From the NCBI GenBank assembly GCA_031394735.1, contig JANMXI010000075.1:435-64434 (forward strand): DNA of 64,000 nt. The letters are read 5' to 3'. A program made the position numbers and the translations under genes. The notes below the pieces were generated by a model, which did no database searches, had not been told where the DNA came from, and saw only the letters and a list, made by a program, of their open reading frames with translations. Source of the stretch: Pseudomonadota bacterium. Lineage in GTDB: Bacteria > Pseudomonadota > Gammaproteobacteria > Steroidobacterales > Steroidobacteraceae. Numbering within the stretch: the first letter of the stretch is position 1; the number at the start of each line of letters is the position of its first letter. Of the stretch, positions 29,215-40,656 are shown piece by piece.

Positions 29215-30133
29215 GCTCGCTCAACTCCTCGATCGGCTCCAGATCCTGGGCCCGCAAAATAAACACCCCGCCCCCGCCGTGTTCGAAGTCGGGCCATATG
29301 AACGGCACGCGAGGCCAGGCCTTGAGCAGCGCACGTTCGGTATTGCCGACCTCGACCACCAGGATGCCGATAGCGCTCAAATGCGCTCGCGCCTGTCGCA
29401 GGATCACCCGCACCGAATCCAGGCCGTCTAAGCCTGCGGCCAGCCCGAGCCGCGGCTCATGCCGGTATTCGCGCGGCAGTGTACGCATCTCGGCGCGGCC
29501 GACATAGGGGGGATTGCTGACCACGATATCGTAGACAGTGCCCGCCACTGCGTCCAAGTGATCGGAGACCTTGGCATGAACGCGTCCGCCAAGGCCCAGT
29601 TTACGAATATTGCGCCGGCACACGCTCAACGCCTCGCGCGAAATATCCAGGGCATCAACCTGGGCTCGCGGGAATGCCCTTGCGCAGGCCAGCGCAATGG
29701 CGCCGCTGCCGGTTCCGATGTCCACGATGCACTTGACCCGGCGCGGCTCGATCCACGGCCGGAATCGCGCCAAGGCCAGTTCGGCGATGGGTGAACGCGG
29801 CACCAGCACGCGTGAATCGACGTACAGCTCCATCTGGGCGAAGAAGGCGCGATGCGTGAGGTAGGCCAGGGGTACGCGACGGCGTATGCGCTGCGCGAGC
29901 AACGCCTCGATGCGCGCCTGCTGGCGGGCGGTCAGGAGTTGCGGATAGACGCTGGCGCCCAACGCATGGTCGAGCTTGGCCACAAAGAACACGAGTTCCG
30001 CGGCTTCATCGCGTGCATTGTGGGTGCCGTGACCGAAACACACCCGCGCCTTGCGCAACGCGCGTGCGCAGTGGGCGATGGCGGATGCGACGCTGACGGA
30101 CGTTGCGCGTGGAATGTGCAGCTTCCTTTTCAA
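29201..30133 (-). CDS. prmB: Ribosomal protein uL3 glutamine methyltransferase
   Basis: [14 protein letters not shown] motif and VSNPPYV. Conserved prmB-aroC pairing. Confidence 0.85.
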   Translation of the reverse strand: MKRKLHIPRATSVSVASAIAHCARALRKARVCFGHGTHNARDEAAELVFFVAKLDHALGASVYPQLLTARQQARIEALLAQRIRRRVPLAYLTHRAFFAQMELYVDSRVLVPRSPIAELALARFRPWIEPRRVKCIVDIGTGSGAIALACARAFPRAQVDALDISREALSVCRRNIRKLGLGGRVHAKVSDHLDAVAGTVYDIVVSNPPYVGRAEMRTLPREYRHEPRLGLAAGLDGLDSVRVILRQARAHLSAIGILVVEVGNTERALLKAWPRVPFIWPDFEHGGGGVFILRAQDLEPIEELSERVRK

Positions 30134-30183
30134 AAACGCGAGGGTAGCTCAAGTGCGGCGGTGGCTGTGGGATAATCTGCGCC

Positions 30184-30816
30184 GTGAACAATTCATCCCG
30201 ACTCCTTCTCGCCGGTCTGTGCATCCTGATGGCAGCGATCGGATTTGCTGCATCCCATCTGTGGAAGCGCTCGCACACCGGTCCGGTGACGCTGCTCACC
30301 GGCACGATGCTGGAGCCGCGCCGAAGCTTGAGCGATTTTTCGCTGCTTGACCATCACGGCGCCGCCTTCACGCCGCAGTCGCTGCAGGGCCGCTGGACTA
30401 TGCTGTTCTTCGGCTATACCAATTGCCCGGATCTGTGTCCCACCACGCTCAGTGCGCTGGCCGTCATGGACAAGTCCCTGCAGGGCGAACGGGAGGCCGT
30501 GCGACCGCACGTCGTGTTTGTATCGGTGGATGCGCGCCGCGACACGCCGGCGGTCCTGGCCCGCTATGTGCCGTATTTCAATCCCGGCTTCTTGGGCGTG
30601 ACCGCACCGGACCAGGCAACCGTCGAGACGTTCGCGCGTCATCTGGGGGTGGCGGTGATCATCGGCGAGGAACACGACGGCACTTACAGTGTCGATCACT
30701 CCGGCGCCATTTTCGTGGTTGCGCCGGATGGCCGGCTCGCGGCAATACTCACCGGCCCGCACAGCAGCGCGGGTCTGCTCGATGATTTTCACCGCATCGT
30801 CGCAGCAGGCGCATGA
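30184..30816 (+). CDS. SCO family (Sco1/SenC) copper chaperone/thiol-disulfide protein
   Basis: FFGYTNCPDLCP CxxxC motif, thioredoxin fold, N-terminal anchor. Confidence 0.85.
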   Translation: MNNSSRLLLAGLCILMAAIGFAASHLWKRSHTGPVTLLTGTMLEPRRSLSDFSLLDHHGAAFTPQSLQGRWTMLFFGYTNCPDLCPTTLSALAVMDKSLQGEREAVRPHVVFVSVDARRDTPAVLARYVPYFNPGFLGVTAPDQATVETFARHLGVAVIIGEEHDGTYSVDHSGAIFVVAPDGRLAAILTGPHSSAGLLDDFHRIVAAGA

Positions 30817-31706
30817 GCAACGCCCCTCCTGCCGCCGGCAGCCGCACCTCGCTTGCCGGCCGCGCCTTTGTGGCCTTTCAATTTCTGTTGCCCCAGCACG
30901 CGCTGTCGCGGCTCATCCTGCACGCCACGCGAGTGCGTGCACCCTGGTTCAAGAACGCCCTGATCACTGGTTTTCTGAAACTATTTGAAGTGGACATGAG
31001 CGATGCGCAGACGGTGGAACCGTTGCGCTACGCGAGCTTCAACGAGTTCTTCACGCGGCCGCTCAAACCCGCGGCGCGGCCGATTGCGGGCGATGCCGAC
31101 CTCATCGTCAGTCCGGTCGATGGCACGGTGAGCGAATGCGGCGGCATCGATCAGAACCGCCTCCTGCAGGCCAAGGGACGGACCTTCACCCTGCAGGACC
31201 TGCTCGCCGACCAGCCCTGGGCGTCGACCTTTGCCGGCGGCAGCTTCTGCACCCTCTATCTTGCGCCCTACAACTATCATCGCATCCACATACCGGCTGC
31301 CGGCGACCTCCTTTCCACCGTGTACGTTCCCGGCGCTCTGTTCAGCGTCAACGCCACGACGGCGCAACACGTGCCGCGTTTGTTTGCGCGCAACGAGCGC
31401 GTGCTGACCCTGTTTGAAACCGCATTCGGAAAAATGGCCGTGGTGCTGGTGGGTGCACTCAACGTCGGCAGCATGGCCACGGTGTGGGCCGGCGATATCA
31501 CGCCCGCCGCTCGCCGCCGCGTGACGGTCCTGCCGTCATCGCCGATCAGCCTGGCGAAAGCCGATGAACTCGGCCGCTTCAACATGGGCTCGACCGTCAT
31601 CGTCCTGTTCGAAGCATCGCGCGCGCGGTTGTTGCCGCAAATACGCGTCGGATTGCGCATCAAAGTCGGCGAGCCGCTCGCCCAAGTCGAGAGAGGCGCC
31701 ACGTGA
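30813..31706 (+). CDS. psd: Phosphatidylserine decarboxylase proenzyme
   Basis: FNEFFTR, SPVDG, YHRIH, C-terminal cleavage motif MGSTV. ATGA overlap with the sco gene. Confidence 0.9.
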   Translation: MSNAPPAAGSRTSLAGRAFVAFQFLLPQHALSRLILHATRVRAPWFKNALITGFLKLFEVDMSDAQTVEPLRYASFNEFFTRPLKPAARPIAGDADLIVSPVDGTVSECGGIDQNRLLQAKGRTFTLQDLLADQPWASTFAGGSFCTLYLAPYNYHRIHIPAAGDLLSTVYVPGALFSVNATTAQHVPRLFARNERVLTLFETAFGKMAVVLVGALNVGSMATVWAGDITPAARRRVTVLPSSPISLAKADELGRFNMGSTVIVLFEASRARLLPQIRVGLRIKVGEPLAQVERGAT

Positions 31707-32668
31707 ACCAGGGTTGGCAGCCGACGGCCGACCTGCCGGCATTGCGTCACCGCGCGCAGCTATTGCAACGGACGCGCGAGTTCTTCGCCGCGCGTGGCGT
31801 GCTGGAAGTGGAAACGCCCGTCCTCAGCGCGGCCGGCATCAGCGATCCGCAGATCGAGTCCTTGCGCACCACCATTGCCGGACGACCGGGCTCCTTCTTT
31901 TTGAGCACGTCGCCGGAATTCGCGATGAAGCGGCTGCTCGCCGCGGGCAGCGGCGATATCTACCAGCTCTGCAAGGTGTTTCGCGATGGCGAGATCGGCC
32001 GCTGGCACGAGCCGGAATTCACGATGCTCGAGTGGTATCGGGTGGGCTTCGATGACCACACCCTGATGGACGAGGTCGCCGGGCTGGTCACCGCCCTGCT
32101 CGCGCCGCAGCGCACGCTCGGGCCTGCAGAAAAGTTGACCTACCGCGAAGTCCTGATGCGTCATGCCGGCGTCGACATGAACGTGGCGACCGACGATGAC
32201 CTGGCCCGCGCGGCACTGGACCGGAGCATCGATTGTCGCGCGGTACTGGACCGCGACGCCCGATTGGATCTGCTCATCAGCCTCGTGGCGGGTCCGCAAT
32301 TGGGACGCGATCGCCCGACCTTCGTCTGCGACTATCCGGCCTCGCAGGCATCCCTCGCCCGCCTCAAGCTGCAGAATCCGCCGGTGGCGGCGCGATTCGA
32401 GCTGTATCTGGACGGCATCGAGCTGGCCAATGGGTTTCAGGAGTTGACCGATGCGAATGAGCAACGTAGCCGGTTCATGCACGATCGCGAGGTGCGACAG
32501 TCGCGCGGCCAGGTGGTGCCGCCGATGGATGAGCGATTGCTCGCGGCGCTGACGGCGGGTGTGCCGGAGTGCGCCGGCGTCGCACTGGGGTTCGATCGAC
32601 TCGCGGCGCTGGCGCTGGGCGTTCCGCAGATGAAATCGGCGATGTCCTTCAGCGTCGAGAACGCCTGA
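31703..32668 (+). CDS. epmA: EF-P lysine-34 beta-lysyl ligase (PoxA/GenX)
   Basis: Class II aaRS-like core without an anticodon domain: [46 protein letters not shown] overlap with the psd stop. Confidence 0.9.
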   Translation: MNQGWQPTADLPALRHRAQLLQRTREFFAARGVLEVETPVLSAAGISDPQIESLRTTIAGRPGSFFLSTSPEFAMKRLLAAGSGDIYQLCKVFRDGEIGRWHEPEFTMLEWYRVGFDDHTLMDEVAGLVTALLAPQRTLGPAEKLTYREVLMRHAGVDMNVATDDDLARAALDRSIDCRAVLDRDARLDLLISLVAGPQLGRDRPTFVCDYPASQASLARLKLQNPPVAARFELYLDGIELANGFQELTDANEQRSRFMHDREVRQSRGQVVPPMDERLLAALTAGVPECAGVALGFDRLAALALGVPQMKSAMSFSVENA

Positions 32669-32683
32669 AGGACGGAGTGCCGA

Positions 32684-33253
32684 TCAATTCTTGCCGCGCG
32701 ACAGATACTCGCCGGTGCGGGTGTCGATGCGCAGTGTTTCACCCTCGTTGATGAACAACGGCACGCGCACCATGGCGCCGGTCTCAAGCTTAGCCGGCTT
32801 GGAGCCGCCCGTCGCCGTGTCGCCGCGCACGCCCGGATCGGTCTCGACGACTTTGAGTTCCATATGGGCCGGCGGAACGACCTGCAACGGCACGCCGTTC
32901 CACAGCGTCACGATGCACACGGTGCCGTCCTTGAGCCATTGCGACGTGTCGCCGACAGCCGCCTTGGAAGCGGTGATCTGCTCGAAGGTGTCGGGAACCA
33001 TGAAGTGGTAAAAATCGCCGTCGCTGTACAGATATTGCATATCGGTATCGACCACATCGGCCGCCTCGACTGTGTCGCCCGACTTCCAGGTCCGCTCGAT
33101 GGTGCGACCGGTCTTGAGATTACGGACGCGCACCCGGTTGAAGGCCTGACCTTTGCCCGGCTTGACCATTTCATTCTCGACGATGGCAAACGGGTCGCCG
33201 TCGATCAGAATCTTCAGTCCGGATTTGAATTCATTGGTGCTGTAGGTGGCCAT
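32684..33253 (-). CDS. efp: Elongation factor P
   Basis: [30 protein letters not shown] (Lys34 loop), 189 aa. The rest of ORF 32684-33928 is an antisense-shadow extension. Confidence 0.95.
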   Translation of the reverse strand: MATYSTNEFKSGLKILIDGDPFAIVENEMVKPGKGQAFNRVRVRNLKTGRTIERTWKSGDTVEAADVVDTDMQYLYSDGDFYHFMVPDTFEQITASKAAVGDTSQWLKDGTVCIVTLWNGVPLQVVPPAHMELKVVETDPGVRGDTATGGSKPAKLETGAMVRVPLFINEGETLRIDTRTGEYLSRGKN

Positions 33254-33448
33254 GGGATCGCCTTGATCGTCAGTTCGGTCGCTGATCGGGGGGTCGTAAA
33301 GGGCGCGTATCATAGCCGGATAGCCCCTTCCTAGCCAGCTTGCGCCTTTACCTGAAGGCCAAAGCATCGCAGGAGGCAAGACGTCGGTCCCAGTTTCGTC
33401 CCGCCAGCAGATGCTACACTTTGCCCCGTTATTGTTAAGCGGGAACCC

Positions 33449-35512
33449 ATGGTGAGCGAGCAAAGTGCCGTACCGATGATTGTCATGACGCGGTCGCAGG
33501 ACCACGTTGAGGCGGTCAACAGCGCTTTGCGCAATGCCGGACACCCGGTGCATTGCACCTGGTTGCCCGATGCACGCGATCTGGCCGATGCGCTGACCCA
33601 ATTGAACCCCGAGATGCTGGTCGCCTTCATCGAAGAGCTGGAGATCGACCTGGCTTCGATCATGAAAATCAAAAGTGTCTCGGCTCCCGGCATGCCGGTG
33701 CTCGTGGCGCGTACCCAGGTCGATGAAGCGCTGATCGCCGAGGCCATGAAGCTGGGCGCGCAGGACGTCGTCACCCTGGAGAATCGCAGCCGACTGCAAT
33801 CCGTGGCAACGCGCGAATTGCGTTCCTATCGCCTGGAACGCGCCCTTAACACCACCGTTTCTTCGGCGCGGGATTATCGCGAGCAGCTGCAGCAGTTCAT
33901 GGACGGCTCCGCGGACGCCATCACCCATGTCCAGGAAGGAATCGTCGTCGAAGCCAACAAGGCCTGGCTGGAGTTGTTCGGCTATTCAGGCGAAGATGCG
34001 CTCACCGGTACGCCGCTGATGGATTTGTTCGAACAGGAAACCCATCCGGCGCTCAAAGGCGCGTTGATCGCCTGTCTGCAGGGCAAATGGACCGACCATG
34101 CACTGAAGGTGCGCGCCTCGCTGTCCGACAGCTCCACCCTGCCGCTGGAAATCACACTCACCAAGACCGACTACGAGGGCGAGGCCGCCATCCGCGTGTG
34201 CGTGCCGTCGCGTCAGAAAGAAAACCGCGACCTGGAAGGCGAATTGGCCGACGCGGTGAAGAACGATCCGTCCACCGGATTCCTGCAACAGCGCTATCTG
34301 GTCACCGCGGTGAAAGAGCGCTGCGCCCTGCCGATGAAGGGCGGCGTTCGCCAGTTCGCCTTCATCAAACCGGACCGGTTCGTGGACATTCAAAACTCCA
34401 TCGGCGTGCTTGCCAGCGAAGATTTCCTGGTGCAGATGGCCGAACTGGTTCGCGCGCAGCTCACACCGAATGACATCTGCGGCCGCTTCGCCGGCAACGG
34501 ACTGCTGATCCTGCTGGAGCGCGGCACGCAGCGCGACATGGAAGCTTGGGCCGAGAGTGCCATTTCGCGCATCGGTCAACATACCTTCGCCATCGACAAC
34601 AAGACTTTGTCAGCCACCATCACCATCGGCCTGGGACTGCTGGCGGCGACCAATCCGGATGTCGCGGCCTCCGTCACCGACGCCGTCACCGCCAACCGGC
34701 GCGGTCGCGAGTTGGGCGGCAATCAGATGTACGCCATCGACAAGTCCGACACCGATACACGGGTGCAGGCTTACGATCGCATCTGGGTCAAGCACATCAA
34801 GAGTGCGCTGATGGAAAACCGATTCCGTCTGGTGCAGCAGCCCATCGCGAGCCTTTTGGGCGAGGACAAGGGCATGTTCGACGTGCTGGTGCGCATGCTC
34901 GACGAACAAGGCAACGAAGTATTGCCGTCGGAATTCATCGCGGCCGCCGAGCGCAACGATTTGATGAAGAACATCGATCGCTGGGTCATCGGCGCGTCCA
35001 TGTCCTTTTGCGCCAGCCGCAAGCCGGCCTGCATCTTCGTGCGCATCTCCAAGGACACCGTCCTAGACAAGTCGCTGATTCCCTGGCTCGAGCAGCAGCT
35101 CAAGGCACTGAAGATCGAACCCAAGCGCCTGTGCATCCAGGTGTCCGAGGAGATCGTCACCCAATTTGTGCAACCAACCAAGGAGATGGCGGAAAAACTC
35201 AAGAAGCTGGGTTTCCGTTTCGCCATCGAGCATTTCGGCACCGGCCGCGATCCACTGAAGCTGCTGGCTGACATAGAGATGAGCTTCATCAAGATCGATG
35301 GCTCGCTCATGCAGGGCCTTGCCACCAATCAAATGCAGCAGCAGCGCGTCAAGGGTCTGGTTGAAGCGGCAAAGAAGAAAGGCATGGAGACTATTGCTGA
35401 GCGCGTTGAAGATGCTAATACCATGGCTGTGCTTTGGCAGTTGGGGATTGAGTTTATTCAGGGGTATTTTGTCAATGCGCCTGAAGAAGTGACCATGTCT
35501 GGGGAACGGTAA
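33449..35512 (+). CDS. fimX: FimX-like REC-PAS-GGDEF(degenerate)-EAL(degenerate) c-di-GMP receptor
   Basis: The GGDEF position reads RFAGNGLL. The EAL position reads [31 protein letters not shown], close to the FimX EVL-type motif. As I recall, fimX lies a few genes from parC in P. aeruginosa. Confidence 0.75.
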   Translation: MVSEQSAVPMIVMTRSQDHVEAVNSALRNAGHPVHCTWLPDARDLADALTQLNPEMLVAFIEELEIDLASIMKIKSVSAPGMPVLVARTQVDEALIAEAMKLGAQDVVTLENRSRLQSVATRELRSYRLERALNTTVSSARDYREQLQQFMDGSADAITHVQEGIVVEANKAWLELFGYSGEDALTGTPLMDLFEQETHPALKGALIACLQGKWTDHALKVRASLSDSSTLPLEITLTKTDYEGEAAIRVCVPSRQKENRDLEGELADAVKNDPSTGFLQQRYLVTAVKERCALPMKGGVRQFAFIKPDRFVDIQNSIGVLASEDFLVQMAELVRAQLTPNDICGRFAGNGLLILLERGTQRDMEAWAESAISRIGQHTFAIDNKTLSATITIGLGLLAATNPDVAASVTDAVTANRRGRELGGNQMYAIDKSDTDTRVQAYDRIWVKHIKSALMENRFRLVQQPIASLLGEDKGMFDVLVRMLDEQGNEVLPSEFIAAAERNDLMKNIDRWVIGASMSFCASRKPACIFVRISKDTVLDKSLIPWLEQQLKALKIEPKRLCIQVSEEIVTQFVQPTKEMAEKLKKLGFRFAIEHFGTGRDPLKLLADIEMSFIKIDGSLMQGLATNQMQQQRVKGLVEAAKKKGMETIAERVEDANTMAVLWQLGIEFIQGYFVNAPEEVTMSGER

Positions 35513-35545
35513 CTTCTGATTAAGAGATCGCTCGGTGGGATGGCC

Positions 35546-35750
35546 ATCCCGGGATAAATTTCTTTCTGCGCGGCCGGCTTCTAACAAAAACCAACTTCTA
35601 ATTTTGCGACCGGCGCGGCCGTGCCATGGGATGTTTTGCATCGTGTGATCTTGCGGCGTGCCTTCGAAGTTTGCGTGTCGTGTGTTTGAGCCGCGCCTAC
35701 TGCCTTCGAGTGGCTGACGCCGGCCGCGCTGAAAAAACATTCACCCCGCG
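35546..35750 (-). repeat. MITE-like TIR-bounded ~205-bp element, copy 1 (inverted relative to copy 2)
   Basis: Ends ATCCCGGGATAAATTTCTTTCTGCGCGGCCGGC (35546-35578) and GCCGGCCGCGCTGAAAAAACATTCACCCCGCG (35719-35750) are imperfect inverted repeats of each other. The core 35621-35745 is the reverse complement of 35877-35997. Confidence 0.75.
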
Positions 35751-35868
35751 CTGGCCGCTCGGCCGCATGGACTCGTTCGGCGACGCCTTCCACCCACCCA
35801 CTCACTAATTGGAGTTCGGAGTGGGAGTCGGAATCCTGAAGGCCCGAATACCGCTACGAATTGCCCGG

Positions 35869-36070
35869 CGTGGGGAGGAATGTTTTCCGGGCGGGCGGCG
35901 ACAGCCACTCGAAGGCACTAGGCGCGTCTTAAACCTGCGCATACAAAACTTCGAAGGCACGCCGCAAGATCACACGATGCAAAACTGCCTATGGCACTGA
36001 CGCGCCGGTCTATCAGGTTACCGCGTCACTGAAGCAAGAGCCGCCCGCCCGGAAAATATTTCTCCCCACG
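35869..36070 (+). repeat. MITE-like TIR-bounded ~202-bp element, copy 2
   Basis: CGTGGGGAGGAATGTTTTCCGGGCGGGCGGC (35869-35899) matches the reverse complement of 36040-36070 (CGTGGGGAGAAATATTTTCCGGGCGGGCGGC) at 29/31. The internal sequence is shared with copy 1. Confidence 0.75.
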
Positions 36071-36110
36071 TTGGCCACCGCCGCTGGAATACGCTCTTAG
36101 CTTCCGAAAA

Positions 36111-38360
36111 TTACGTGCCTACTTCCAACCGATCAATCTGCTTATAAGCGCGGGAGAAGCGCTGCCGCCGCTGGCCTTTCTTGTCGGTGAACTGTTTGAG
36201 GTCATCGAACTTGAGGGTCATGGGCGAGCTCTTGCCACTGTAGACGGTCAGAATTTCGCCGGGAGCGACGACTGCCATCGCGACCAGGTATTCGTCGCGG
36301 TCGGCGGATTTTTTGCCGGGGATGCCGAACAGGTTCTGGCCCTTGCCGGCGCTCATCTCCTCGATGGCATCGCATGGCAACGCCAAGACCTCGCCGTCAT
36401 CGTTGACGAAGAGGGCGAGTGACTTCGGATTGGCGACGGGCCAGGCGGGAAGCACCTTGGCGTTTTCCGGCACCTTCAGCACCGACTTGCCCTTTTTGTT
36501 GCGCGCATAGAGTTCGGACAGCTTGACCTTGAACCCGTAGCCGGCGTCGCTGGCAACGAGCCAGGTTTCGTCCGGCTCGCCGATGAGCACGGCCGCGAAG
36601 GTCGCGCCGTCGGGCGGATCCACCGTGCCGGAGAGCGGCTCGCCATAGCCGCGCGCTGCGGGCAGCGAATGCGCATCCAGACTGTACGCGCGGCCGGTCG
36701 AGTCGATGAACACTGCCTGCTGTAGATTCTTGCCCTTGGCGGCGGCCTGGAATTCATCGCCGGTCTTGTAACTCAAGGAGCGCGAGTCGATCTCGTGTCC
36801 CTTGGCGGCACGCACCCAACCCAGCCGTGACAACACCACGGTGGTGGGTTCGCTGGTGAGGAGTTCAGTCTCGGAGATGGCCTGCGCAGCTTCACGTTCG
36901 ACGAGCTTGGTGCGACGTTCGTCACCGTACTCTTCGGCATCCGTGATCAGTTCATCGCGCACCAGTTTCTTCAGCCGTGCTTTGCTCTTCAGAATCTTGT
37001 CGATTTCATCGCGCTCTTCGGCCAGTTCCTTCTGCTCCTCGCGGATTTTCATCTCTTCCAGGCGCGCCAGATGCCGCAGCTTGGTTTCGAGGATCGCTTC
37101 GGCCTGCTCGTCGGACAGCGCGAAGCGCTTCATCAGCACCGGCTTGGGCTTGTCTTCGGTGCGAACGATGCGGATCACTTCGTCAAGATTCAGGTACGCG
37201 ATCAACAAGCCGTCGAGGATATGCAGGCGCGCATTCAGTTTGGCCAGGCGATGACTCAGACGCCGCGTCACCGTGTGCATGCGGAATTCGAGCCACTCGA
37301 GCAGCAGCGCCTTCAGGCCCATCACCTTCGGCCGGCCGTCCATGCTGATGACGTTCAGGTTGACGCGGTAGGTGCGCTCCAGATCGGTGGTCGCAAACAG
37401 ATGCGCCATCATTGCCGGAATATCGACGCGATTGGACTTGGGCACGATGACCAGGCGCGTCGGATTCTCGTGATCCGACTCATCGCGCAGATCTTCGACC
37501 ATGGGCAATTTCTTTTGCCGCATCTGGTTCGCTATCTGTTCCAGCACTTTGCTGCCCGACACCTGGAACGGCAGCGCTTCGATGATGACATCGCCGTCGA
37601 CCACGTCGTAGGTGGCGCGCGCCCGATAGCCGCCGGTGCCGGTCTCATACATCTGCACCAGATCGTTGCGCGGCGAGACGATTTCGGCGCCGGTCGGCAG
37701 GTCCGGGCCCTTCACGAAGGCCATCAGCTTGCGCGTGGTGAGTTCCGGATCCTCCAGCAGCGCCACGCAGGCTTTGACCACTTCGCGCAGGTTGTGCGGT
37801 GGAATGTCCGTGGCCATGCCGACGGCGATCCCGGAGCCGCCATTGAGCAGCAGATTGGGCACGCGCGCCGGCAACAGCGTGGGCTCTTCGAGCGACCCGT
37901 CAAAGTTCGGCGCCCAGTCCACCGTGCCCTGCTCCAGTTCCTGCAACAGCAGCGAGGCATAGCGCGTAAGACGCGATTCGGTGTAACGCATCGCGGCGAA
38001 GGATTTTGGATCATCCGCCGATCCCCAGTTACCCTGCCCGTCGACGATCGGGTAGCGGTACGCGAAATCCTGCGCCATGTGCACCATGGCCTCGTAACAG
38101 GCGGAATCTCCGTGCGGATGAAATTTGCCGATGACATCACCGACGGTACGCGCGGATTTCTTGTGCTTGGCGCCGGCCGCCAGGCTCAACTCGCTCATCG
38201 CGTACACGATGCGCCGCTGCACTGGCTTCAGACCATCGCCGATATGTGGGAGCGCGCGGTCGAGGATCACGTACATCGAATAATCGAGGTAGGCCTTTTC
38301 CGTAAACGCTCGCAGCGTCTGTTTTTCGATGCCCTCGAAATTCAGTTCCTGGTCCTTCAT
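36111..38360 (-). CDS. parC: DNA topoisomerase IV subunit A
   Basis: [37 protein letters not shown] (catalytic Tyr). 749 aa, immediately downstream of parE. Confidence 0.93.
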   Translation of the reverse strand: MKDQELNFEGIEKQTLRAFTEKAYLDYSMYVILDRALPHIGDGLKPVQRRIVYAMSELSLAAGAKHKKSARTVGDVIGKFHPHGDSACYEAMVHMAQDFAYRYPIVDGQGNWGSADDPKSFAAMRYTESRLTRYASLLLQELEQGTVDWAPNFDGSLEEPTLLPARVPNLLLNGGSGIAVGMATDIPPHNLREVVKACVALLEDPELTTRKLMAFVKGPDLPTGAEIVSPRNDLVQMYETGTGGYRARATYDVVDGDVIIEALPFQVSGSKVLEQIANQMRQKKLPMVEDLRDESDHENPTRLVIVPKSNRVDIPAMMAHLFATTDLERTYRVNLNVISMDGRPKVMGLKALLLEWLEFRMHTVTRRLSHRLAKLNARLHILDGLLIAYLNLDEVIRIVRTEDKPKPVLMKRFALSDEQAEAILETKLRHLARLEEMKIREEQKELAEERDEIDKILKSKARLKKLVRDELITDAEEYGDERRTKLVEREAAQAISETELLTSEPTTVVLSRLGWVRAAKGHEIDSRSLSYKTGDEFQAAAKGKNLQQAVFIDSTGRAYSLDAHSLPAARGYGEPLSGTVDPPDGATFAAVLIGEPDETWLVASDAGYGFKVKLSELYARNKKGKSVLKVPENAKVLPAWPVANPKSLALFVNDDGEVLALPCDAIEEMSAGKGQNLFGIPGKKSADRDEYLVAMAVVAPGEILTVYSGKSSPMTLKFDDLKQFTDKKGQRRQRFSRAYKQIDRLEVGT

Positions 38361-40304
<1,944 letters not shown>

Positions 40305-40370
40305 TCAGCAAAGACGTGCAAACGTCCTGATCTGGCAGTCCGAGGTCAAATCCGCTATCGTGCTTCGGGC

Positions 40371-40637
40371 ATGGGCATCTCCAACGTTCAGAACATGACC
40401 CGCTCGGTTCCGCAGTCGCCGCAGCCCTACGGCGTGCGCGTGCGCCTTAAAGTAGGCGATCCTTTCGCCAAATTGCTGGGCGCCGACTGGCAGACCACGC
40501 ATTGGTACTTCACGGTGACCGACCGCGATCTGGCACTGGAGCAGATGTCGCGCCGCCACGAGTATTCGCGCATCGGCGATGAACCGGCCCTGGTGTTCGA
40601 GAAGGTCGAGAATCTGGCTCAAAGCCGCTGGCTTTGA
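40371..40637 (+). CDS. Small conserved hypothetical protein (88 aa)
   Basis: THWYFTVTDRDLALEQMSRRHEYSRIGDEPALVFEKVE resembles a small protein often found next to parE in gammaproteobacteria. Only the last 88 codons of ORF 39417-40637 are credible. Confidence 0.5.
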   Translation: MGISNVQNMTRSVPQSPQPYGVRVRLKVGDPFAKLLGADWQTTHWYFTVTDRDLALEQMSRRHEYSRIGDEPALVFEKVENLAQSRWL

Positions 40638-40656
40638 GCGATCGCGCCGGCGCACG

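Noticed and set aside
32684-33928. 414-aa minus-strand ORF suggesting a long EF-P fusion
   Set aside because: EF-P begins at ATG 33251-33253 ([10 protein letters not shown]). The upstream 225 codons are antisense to the fimX-like gene and the promoter region.
35531-35553. GGGATGGCCATCCC palindrome just after the fimX stop as a rho-independent terminator
   Set aside because: It is only a ~5-bp effective stem with a 4-nt loop and no clean U-tract. It overlaps the degenerate outer TIR of repeat copy 1, so it is better explained as part of the repeat.
35581-36000. Small ORFs inside the repeats sharing the peptide GRRQPLEG.RR..N.R..NFEGTPQDHTMQN..WH (minus strand in copy 1, plus strand in copy 2)
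   Set aside because: The shared peptide is just the translated DNA repeat. Differences between copies are not biased to synonymous sites (the variable 20-nt block changes the peptide freely). The starts are TTG without an RBS, and the copy 1 ORF runs on antisense into fimX.
35546-36070. Possible CRISPR array or retron msr/msd
   Set aside because: There are only two copies and they are inverted, not direct. There is no repeat-spacer periodicity, and no cas or reverse-transcriptase gene in the window.
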